Shown here in pieces: positions 20,601 through 26,693 of a stretch of DNA of 59,924 nt. The stretch comes from Minisyncoccota bacterium (GTDB lineage: Bacteria; Patescibacteriota; Minisyncoccia; Phycocordibacterales; UBA9973), in contig JAGOQQ010000002.1 of assembly GCA_017991395.1 (NCBI GenBank), positions 1-59,924 of the forward strand. The letters are read 5' to 3'. A model generated the notes under the pieces. It ran no database searches. It was not told the DNA's origin and saw nothing but the letters and a program-made list of their open reading frames with translations. Position numbers and translations under genes: made by a program. Numbering within the stretch: the first letter of the stretch is position 1; the number at the start of each line of letters is the position of its first letter.

Positions 20601-20683
20601 CAGATGAATCATATACGAAGGTGTATGAAAATGTGCATCAAATCAAGAATGGAGTGCTGAACGGAAAAATAATAGTTAAATAA
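14678..20683 (+). CDS. Giant (2001 aa) multi-domain surface protein: signal anchor, ~17 NHL repeats, Ig-like module, six Cys-flanked DNDGDG repeats, acidic Pro-rich linker, TM segments interleaved with CarboxypepD_reg-like domains
   Basis: Recurrent SD(S/T)GNNRVLV(F/Y)D blades followed by GE(S/A)A..VLGQ.[33 protein letters not shown] is Ig-like. [22 protein letters not shown]-type units occur six times. [17 protein letters not shown] and [16 protein letters not shown] are CarboxypepD_reg-like. Confidence 0.9.
   Translation: [2001 protein letters not shown]
18786..19410 (+). repeat. Six tandem ~30-38-aa C-x-D-x2-DNDGDG-x2-D-x5-GC repeats inside the giant CDS
   Basis: 27-30-nt identical DNA stretches are shared between non-adjacent units: tgtagtgatggcatggacaacgatgg at ~18793 and ~19120, and gacaacgacggagatggacttgtgga at ~18934 and ~19030. 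Confidence 0.85.
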
Positions 20684-20710
20684 AATACGCCTCACTCGAG
20701 GCGTATTTTA
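20682..20710 (+). terminator. Intrinsic terminator after the giant gene
   Basis: aaaatacgcctc-actc-gaggcgtatttt. Confidence 0.8.
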
Positions 20711-20772
20711 TTCTCAAAAATCACTTTTTAAGGTATAGTTACTATGTTATTCGCTAATTATATTTATTTAAT

Positions 20773-21288
20773 ATGAAAACATGGTCATCTGTGCTTATTG
20801 TTATTATTGTTGGAGCGCTTGGATATTTTGTAGTCACACAGGCTCCTCAAAAGGAAAATACTACCACAACAGAAAACACAGAAGAAATGAATCAAGAGAG
20901 TGCGCAAAATGAACAATCAGATAATTCACAAGAAACAACTATGAATACACAACAAAACCTCGGCATTGAAATTACAAAAGAAGGAAGCGGGGAACCAATC
21001 AAGACTGGTCAGACTGCCGTCATGAATTATACAGGACGTCTTGAAGACGGAACGGCGTTTGATTCAAACGTTGATCCAAAATTTAATCATGTAGAACCTT
21101 TCGAATTTGTACTTGGTCAAAATCGAGTTATTCAAGGTTGGGAGCAGGGTGTGCTCGGTATGAAAATGGGAGAAAAAAGAGTACTCACTATTCCAGCAAC
21201 ACTAGGGTATGGTGCAAGTGGTATCCCAGGTGTTATCCCAGGTGGTGCAACACTCGTATTTGATATTGAGCTCGTTTCAATTAAGTAA
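20773..21288 (+). CDS. FKBP-type peptidyl-prolyl cis-trans isomerase with N-terminal membrane anchor
   Basis: YTGRLEDGTAFDS...FEFVLGQNRVIQGWEQGVLGMKMGEKRVLTIP..LGYG...IPGGATLVFDIELV is the canonical FKBP domain. Confidence 0.95.
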   Translation: MKTWSSVLIVIIVGALGYFVVTQAPQKENTTTTENTEEMNQESAQNEQSDNSQETTMNTQQNLGIEITKEGSGEPIKTGQTAVMNYTGRLEDGTAFDSNVDPKFNHVEPFEFVLGQNRVIQGWEQGVLGMKMGEKRVLTIPATLGYGASGIPGVIPGGATLVFDIELVSIK

Positions 21289-21290
21289 TT

Positions 21291-22808
21291 ATGATACAAA
21301 GTTTTTCTGAAAAAATCAGAGCATTTATACAAACACTTTTCTCTCGTAAGCGATACTGGATGAGTGTACTTTTGGTACTCATCATTGTTTTTATCGTTGT
21401 CAAAAATGGAAATTCTCGCAATGAAATTGTTGTAGAGAAAGTTGGTTATGGAGAACTCAAAAAGACTGTCGTCGCCACAGGTGAGGTGACAAGTGAGACA
21501 AATTTGGGTTTGAGCTTTGATCAAAACGGGGAAGTCAAAGATATTCGAGTGAAAGTTGGCGACAAAGTTACAAAAGGACAAATTCTTGCCACAATTGATC
21601 AGCGAGAAGAACAAGCAGAACTCACGCAGGCACGTGGGGCACTTCTCGTCGCACAAGCAAATTACAAAAAGGCATTTCGCACCCTTGAATCAGCAGAAGG
21701 CACCCTTGAAAATGTGGTGGCGCAGCAAGAAGTGTTGGTCAAAAACGCAGAGCGGAATCTTCTTTCGGATGAACTTGAGGCGGTACCAGAATCAGTCGAC
21801 AATGGATCATCTCTTCCACCTGTAATTTCAGGTGTATACAACTCAACTATTCAAGGAGACTATGTTATTACCATGTATGCATCAAATGCAAATTCAGGAT
21901 ACTCATTCAAACTCTCTGGTCTTGAAAAAGGTTCTGGTACAGTGAGTACTACATCGTCAGTCTCGCTCGGGACTCGAGGGTTGTATATCAAATGGCCCAC
22001 AGGATTTGAAGGAAGTGAGACATGGGTAGTATCAATTCCCAATAAAAGAAGTAGTACATACGCGACAAATCTAAATGCATACAATCTGGCACTCGAAACA
22101 AAGAAAACAGAAATCGAAAATGCAGAGCGAGCAATTGTTGAGAAAAAAGCAGAATTTTCAGTTGAAAATATTGAGAGTGAAATTGCATACGCCGAAGTGG
22201 TGAGTGCACAAGGAAAAGTTGAGTCAGCACTTGCAAAAGTAGAGGACAAGATTTTGCGTGCACCTGTGGACGGCACTATTACCGCAGTTGAAATCAAGAT
22301 TGGTGAAGTGGCAAAAGCAGATACTGATGTCATGGTGTTGCAGGATATTTCAAATCTTTATTTCGAAGGTCTTGTAAATGAAGAAAATATTTCTTTGATC
22401 AAAGAAGGACAAAACGCCGATGTGGTATTTGATGCATTCGGTGATTCAAAAGTCGTGAACGCAAAAGTAAAAGAGGTGAATCTTTCTTCAACAAGAGATT
22501 CTGACGTAGTGAATTATCAAATCACTGCATCGTTTGATGACGCAACAGAAATTAAAACTGGGATGACCGCGACCGCGACTATTTTGATTGATAAAAAAGA
22601 AAGCACATTGTCTGTCCCTGTCCGTGCTGTCTACGAAGAGAACGGTGTATCATTTGTATATGTCGTTACAAATCTTGATAAGAAAAAGTATGAACGACGT
22701 GATGTGTCAATCGGATTTTTGGCAGATGGAGCTCTCAGGGAAGTTATTTCTGGATTGTCAGTTTCCGACTCAGTTGTCACTTCGCTTGTAGAGCCAGAAT
22801 CAAAATAA
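21291..22808 (+). CDS. HlyD/MacA-like efflux periplasmic adaptor subunit
   Basis: TM anchor and lipoyl-like motif GEVKDIRVKVGDKVTKGQILATID. Long coiled-coil segment, second lipoyl half LRAPVDGTITAV, then a beta-barrel C-terminus. An extra ~100-aa segment is inserted in the coiled coil. Confidence 0.85.
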   Translation: MIQSFSEKIRAFIQTLFSRKRYWMSVLLVLIIVFIVVKNGNSRNEIVVEKVGYGELKKTVVATGEVTSETNLGLSFDQNGEVKDIRVKVGDKVTKGQILATIDQREEQAELTQARGALLVAQANYKKAFRTLESAEGTLENVVAQQEVLVKNAERNLLSDELEAVPESVDNGSSLPPVISGVYNSTIQGDYVITMYASNANSGYSFKLSGLEKGSGTVSTTSSVSLGTRGLYIKWPTGFEGSETWVVSIPNKRSSTYATNLNAYNLALETKKTEIENAERAIVEKKAEFSVENIESEIAYAEVVSAQGKVESALAKVEDKILRAPVDGTITAVEIKIGEVAKADTDVMVLQDISNLYFEGLVNEENISLIKEGQNADVVFDAFGDSKVVNAKVKEVNLSSTRDSDVVNYQITASFDDATEIKTGMTATATILIDKKESTLSVPVRAVYEENGVSFVYVVTNLDKKKYERRDVSIGFLADGALREVISGLSVSDSVVTSLVEPESK

Positions 22809-22869
22809 GAGTGTCACATTCACTTTGTGGATGCGTTAGATAGGTAGTTATTAGAATAATCAATATACT

Positions 22870-23664
22870 ATGGATTTACAAAACCCACTTATTAAAAAAA
22901 TCGGTAACGCACTACTCGGACTAATCGGGGTACTTACTGTAATGTTTGCGATTCAAATTATTTCAGATGTCCGTGGAAATAATGAGTTAGAACAAAGCAC
23001 AATTTCTGTCACAGGAGAGGGCGAGGTGTTCGCAGTCCCTGATACAGCTGAAATAAGTTTCTCAGTTCGAAATGATGCAAAAGTTCTTGCGGATGCTCAA
23101 AAAGTTGTAAGCGATAAAGTTGCTCAAACACTTAAACTTTTGAAGGATCTTGGAATTGAAGAAAAAAATATAAAAACACAATCTTATACATCATACCCAA
23201 AGTATGACTACGGTAATACTGAAGTGGTATGTATGGCGATTGGGTGTCCAACACCTCGACCAGGTACTCCGGTGATTGTGGGGTATGAAGTGTCACAAAT
23301 GATTACTGTAAAAATTACTGATACCGAAAACGTGAGTTCTGTATTGGAAGGTCTTGCAAAGATTGGTGTATCAGACATGAATGGTCCAAATTTCACAATC
23401 GGTGATGAAGATGGATTAAATGCACAGGCACGAAAATTGGCAATCGATGATGCAAAAGAAAAAGCAAAAGTGCTTGCAAAGGATCTCGATGTGAGACTTG
23501 TTGAAATAGTATCATTTAGTGAAGATGGTTCAACTCCATATCCAATGTACTACTCAAAGGCAGGGATGGCGGGTGATGCGGTTGCAGAATCTTCTGCACC
23601 AGAGCTCCCACGTGGTGAAAACAAACTTACTTCACGTGTGACAATCACATATAAGATTCGTTAA
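22870..23664 (+). CDS. SIMPL (DUF541) domain protein
   Basis: ISVTGEGEVFAVPDTAEISFSV ... ARKLAIDDAKEKAKVLAKDL ... ITYKI matches SIMPL family hallmarks. Confidence 0.85.
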   Translation: MDLQNPLIKKIGNALLGLIGVLTVMFAIQIISDVRGNNELEQSTISVTGEGEVFAVPDTAEISFSVRNDAKVLADAQKVVSDKVAQTLKLLKDLGIEEKNIKTQSYTSYPKYDYGNTEVVCMAIGCPTPRPGTPVIVGYEVSQMITVKITDTENVSSVLEGLAKIGVSDMNGPNFTIGDEDGLNAQARKLAIDDAKEKAKVLAKDLDVRLVEIVSFSEDGSTPYPMYYSKAGMAGDAVAESSAPELPRGENKLTSRVTITYKIR

Positions 23665-23667
23665 CTT

Positions 23668-23712
23668 AGCGCGGAACTACGCGGAATTAACGCGGAAAGA
23701 TTTCGCGGAATT
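23668..23712 (+). repeat. Array of four (A)CGCGGAA words with 10-14 bp period, starting directly after a stop codon
   Basis: agcgcggaact acgcggaatta acgcggaaagattt cgcggaatt. Confidence 0.85.
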
Positions 23713-23730
23713 GTTTGAGAATATTTGTAA

Positions 23731-23775
23731 AAATACCATAAGAGCGGCGCCGTAGGCGCCGCTCATTTGGTATTT
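23731..23775 (+). terminator. Long hairpin terminator
   Basis: aaataccataagagcggcgcc-gta-ggcgccgctcatttggtattt. Confidence 0.75.
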
Positions 23776-23795
23776 GCATTCTCCTCATTATGTTT

Positions 23796-23825
23796 GAGAT
23801 CCTGAAACAAGTTTAGAAGAACAGA
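23796..23825 (+). repeat. Degenerate or truncated copy of the dispersed hairpin element GAGATCCTGAAACAAGTTCAGGATGACAC
   Basis: gagatcctgaaacaagtttagaagaac. The left arm is intact and the right arm is decayed. Confidence 0.7.
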
Positions 23826-23835
23826 GAATTTTATG

Positions 23836-23910
23836 TTTTACGTTCTGCGTTCTACGATCAGCGTTCTGCGTATCTCCCTATCCGCTATGACCTATTCCCT
23901 AATCCCTGCC
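23836..23910 (+). repeat. Word repeats: three GCGTTCT words, then a pyrimidine-rich CTA-word block containing CCCTATCCGCT and CTATTCCCTAATCC
   Basis: acgttctgcgttctacgatcagcgttctgcgtatctccctatccgctatgacctattccctaatccctgcc. Confidence 0.75.
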
Positions 23911-23915
23911 TTTAT

Positions 23916-23944
23916 TTGACATCCGCCCATATAAAAAGTAATAT
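23916..23944 (+). promoter_or_regulatory. Sigma-70-like promoter for secE-nusG
   Basis: TTGACA, 17-nt spacer, TAATAT. Confidence 0.6.
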
Positions 23945-24012
23945 GAATATATGCCCTCCGGGGCGGTTTTTTGTAAGGGAAAACCTTTATATTACTTAAT
24001 TTTTGATACATT

Positions 24013-24192
24013 ATGGGAATTTTTAACTATTTTAGAGAGACAAAAACTGAAATGAAGCATGTTACTTGGCCAACTCGAAAGCAAGTGATTTCGTTTACTG
24101 TTATTGTTATTATACTCTCACTCATCACTGCGGTATTCTTGGGATTTTTTGACTACCTATTTGCGAATGCAATAAAACAATTAGTATCTTAA
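24013..24192 (+). CDS. secE: Preprotein translocase subunit SecE (59 aa; below the ORF-track cutoff)
   Basis: Hand translation gives MGIFNYFRETKTEMKHVTWPTRKQVISFTVIVIILSLITAVFLGFFDYLF... The KVTWPTRKE-like motif plus a single TM, placed immediately upstream of nusG, supports the call. Confidence 0.85.
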   Translation: MGIFNYFRETKTEMKHVTWPTRKQVISFTVIVIILSLITAVFLGFFDYLFANAIKQLVS

Positions 24193-24204
24193 TCAATCAA
24201 CATT

Positions 24205-24750
24205 ATGTCTAAACAAGAGCAAAATCAAGAGCGTAATTGGTATGCAATCCATACATACGCGGGATATGAAAATGCCGTTCTTCGAAATCTTCGACAGCGA
24301 ATCGACTCACTCGGAATGGAAGATAAAATATTTAATGTTATCGTTCCAACAGAGAAGAAAATCAAAATCAAAGGCGGAAAGCGTGTTGAAATTGAAGAAA
24401 AGATTTATCCTGGGTATATTCTTGTAGACATGGTGGTAACAGATGATTCATGGTTTGTTGTGCGAAATACTCCGCGTGTGACTGGGTTTGTGGGAGCAGG
24501 AGTCAACCCTGTGCCACTAAAAAAAGAAGAAGTTGATTTTCTTTTTGGACGAATGGACAAGGCTACTACACGTCACGCAATTGAAGTTGAAAAAGGTGAA
24601 ATCGTGATCATTGCAGACGGACCATTTAAAGACCTCGAAGGAAAGGTCAATGATATTGATCATGAACGAGGTAAGGTTAAAGTACTCGTTTCTATGTTCG
24701 GACGTGAGACTCCAGTTGAGCTTGATTTCTTGCAAGTGAAGAAAATGTAA
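24205..24750 (+). CDS. nusG: Transcription termination/antitermination factor NusG
   Basis: WYAIHTYAGYENAV NGN domain. C-terminal KOW motif GDIVIIADGPFKDLEGKVNDID. Confidence 0.95.
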   Translation: MSKQEQNQERNWYAIHTYAGYENAVLRNLRQRIDSLGMEDKIFNVIVPTEKKIKIKGGKRVEIEEKIYPGYILVDMVVTDDSWFVVRNTPRVTGFVGAGVNPVPLKKEEVDFLFGRMDKATTRHAIEVEKGEIVIIADGPFKDLEGKVNDIDHERGKVKVLVSMFGRETPVELDFLQVKKM

Positions 24751-24767
24751 GAATGACAACAAACAAC

Positions 24768-24797
24768 AAAAGCGGCACACTTGTGTGTCGCTTTTTG
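24768..24797 (+). terminator. Intrinsic terminator between nusG and rplK
   Basis: aaaagcggcacac-ttgt-gtgtcgc followed by ttttt. Confidence 0.7.
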
Positions 24798-24843
24798 TAT
24801 TAGACTAAAAACTAAAGTCTAAAGACTAGCTACTCTTCTCGCG

Positions 24844-24872
24844 TTGACATTTCAAGTAAATTCAAGTAATAT
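24844..24872 (+). promoter_or_regulatory. Sigma-70-like promoter for rplK
   Basis: TTGACA, 17-nt spacer, TAATAT. Followed by a CTA-word-rich leader. Confidence 0.55.
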
Positions 24873-24948
24873 ACTGTCTGTTACGCGTTTGCTTCTAGGG
24901 TCTAGTTTTCCTCTAAAAACTAACAACTATTAACTAAACACTTTTTAC

Positions 24949-25374
24949 ATGGCAAAGAAAATTATCAAAAGAGTAAAAGTGATGGCTCCAGCAGGGAAAG
25001 CTACACCAGCTCCACCACTCGGACCTACACTCGGACAGGCTGGTATCAACATCGGAGATTTTGTGACGAAGTTTAATGCTGCATCACAATCTATGGCCGG
25101 TGAAAACGTTCGTGTTCTTATCACTGTATACGAAGATCGAACATACGATTTCGTAGTGAAGACACCAAAAGCATCAGAACTTATCTTCAAAGCAGCTGGA
25201 GTTGAAAAAGGTTCAGGAAAACCAAACACTTCAAAAGTAGGTAAAATCACAAAAGCAAAGATTCGTGAAATCGCCGAAAAGAAGATGCCTGACTTGAATG
25301 CAAAAGACATCGAAGGAGCAATGAAAATCATCGAAGGTTCAGCACGAGCTGCTGGAATCACAGTGATTGACTAA
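24949..25374 (+). CDS. rplK: 50S ribosomal protein L11
   Basis: [23 protein letters not shown]...FN is the canonical L11 N-terminus. ORF of 141 aa. Confidence 0.97.
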   Translation: MAKKIIKRVKVMAPAGKATPAPPLGPTLGQAGINIGDFVTKFNAASQSMAGENVRVLITVYEDRTYDFVVKTPKASELIFKAAGVEKGSGKPNTSKVGKITKAKIREIAEKKMPDLNAKDIEGAMKIIEGSARAAGITVID

Positions 25375-25385
25375 GACTCATACAA

Positions 25386-25439
25386 ATAGCAAAGCCCACA
25401 CAAATGTGTGGGCTTTGCTATTTGTATGAGAATGTGTTA
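25386..25439. terminator. ~25-bp perfect-stem hairpin directly after rplK
   Basis: ctcatacaaatagcaaagcccacac-aaa-tgtgtgggctttgctatttgtatgag. Confidence 0.7.
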
Positions 25440-25487
25440 TACTGATATTCCCCCAAAAAATGTACATTCTAAAAATAAATATAAAAA

Positions 25488-25988
25488 ATGAACCTTAAAC
25501 AACAAAATAAGAAAATGAAGAAAACAACAGTATTGCTTAGTAAGAGAAACAAGGAATTGTATAATGAGCAACTCGATATTTTAAATACTATTTGCAGGGA
25601 ATACAAAAATTGCCCAATAACACTCAATCGAATCGACGAATACGAGATGGGCAATGTTGCACTCAAGGAACTTGTCAAAAGACTTGTTGCAGATAGCGAG
25701 ATTATAGTTATAGATTTTTCATCAGTTATAGAAAATGATATACGCCTCAGGTTTATAAGAGAAATCAAAACCGTCAAGAATCTAATACCGGAAGTTGTAG
25801 CCTGCATGAAATCTGGATTTGCAACTGAATCTGAAAACAGTAAAAAAATGATGAGTGATGCACTTTGCCCCATATTGCAACCGGCAAACATCGTACTTTA
25901 CAATGACACTCAGGATTTTGGGCGCAAACTCTCAAGCATTTTCAAAGGAGAGTTTAATTTTAAGGAATTAGAAGGAGCTCTAGTATAG
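25488..25988 (+). CDS. Hypothetical protein (very AT-rich, Lys/Asn-rich)
   Basis: 166-aa ORF with no recognisable motif. First gene of the block between rplK and argS. Confidence 0.55.
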   Translation: MNLKQQNKKMKKTTVLLSKRNKELYNEQLDILNTICREYKNCPITLNRIDEYEMGNVALKELVKRLVADSEIIVIDFSSVIENDIRLRFIREIKTVKNLIPEVVACMKSGFATESENSKKMMSDALCPILQPANIVLYNDTQDFGRKLSSIFKGEFNFKELEGALV

Positions 25989-25995
25989 TGTGACA

Positions 25996-26024
25996 CCCCG
26001 CCATTTTTGGCGGGCTTTTCTTTT
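25996..26024 (+). terminator. Intrinsic terminator
   Basis: ccccgcc-attttt-ggcgggc followed by ttttctttt. Confidence 0.7.
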
Positions 26025-26069
26025 GTCCGGAATGTGTGGTAGGGTAGAGGAAACTTAAAACTGAACATT

Positions 26070-26642
26070 ATGATTCTATCTAGAATTGACATTGAAAAAG
26101 GGCTAGGCACCCATGACATCGTAATAAAGCCATTTATTGAAGAGTTTCTTGGACCAAGTTCATATGACTTACATCTGGCGCGAACGCTAAGATTGTTTAG
26201 CACAATAGACGCGTATCATGATTTTAAAAAACATGGCAGGTATGAATTAAAAGCAGGAGATTTTGTGCTCGGTACGACTGTTGAATTGATTGGAGTTCCG
26301 ACTGGAAAATATGAAGGGAGAATAGACGGTACGTCATCGCTTGGCCGAGCCGGAATTACAAGTCATGTGACTGCGAGTAAGTTAAATCCTGGCCATGTAC
26401 TTCATTTGACCATGGAAATAAAAAATCTTTCAAATGGACCGGTGTATTTATATTGGGGAATGCCAATAGGACAAATAACTTTTGAGGAATTAAAAAGTCC
26501 TCTAAATGGAGCAAGTGAAAAAAGGTCTTATGGTTCGTATGAGTGGTCCAATAATCCAATTCCAGAACAATCAAAACTTATTGAGAAAACGGAGATGGCA
26601 CGAAAACTGTTGAGAAATACCACAGACTTTGATTTTGAATAA
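26070..26642 (+). CDS. dcd: dCTP deaminase family protein (dUTPase superfamily)
   Basis: GPSSYDLHL...G..VLG.T.E.I..P....G.IDG.SSLGR.GI. This is the characteristic Dcd N-terminus and beta-barrel core. Confidence 0.85.
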   Translation: MILSRIDIEKGLGTHDIVIKPFIEEFLGPSSYDLHLARTLRLFSTIDAYHDFKKHGRYELKAGDFVLGTTVELIGVPTGKYEGRIDGTSSLGRAGITSHVTASKLNPGHVLHLTMEIKNLSNGPVYLYWGMPIGQITFEELKSPLNGASEKRSYGSYEWSNNPIPEQSKLIEKTEMARKLLRNTTDFDFE

Positions 26643-26645
26643 AAT

Positions 26646-26680
26646 AATCCCCCGAACGAATTTAGTTCGGGGGATTTTTA
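26646..26680. terminator. Bidirectional terminator between convergent dcd and the thyX-like gene
   Basis: aatcccccgaac-gaattta-gttcgggggatt followed by ttt. Confidence 0.8.
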
Positions 26681-26693
26681 ATTCATAAAGTTG

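Noticed and set aside
23668-23712. ACGCGGAA arrays considered as a CRISPR array
   Set aside because: The units are 8 nt with 2-6 nt between them (period ~11 bp). There are no spacers of CRISPR length and no cas genes in the window.
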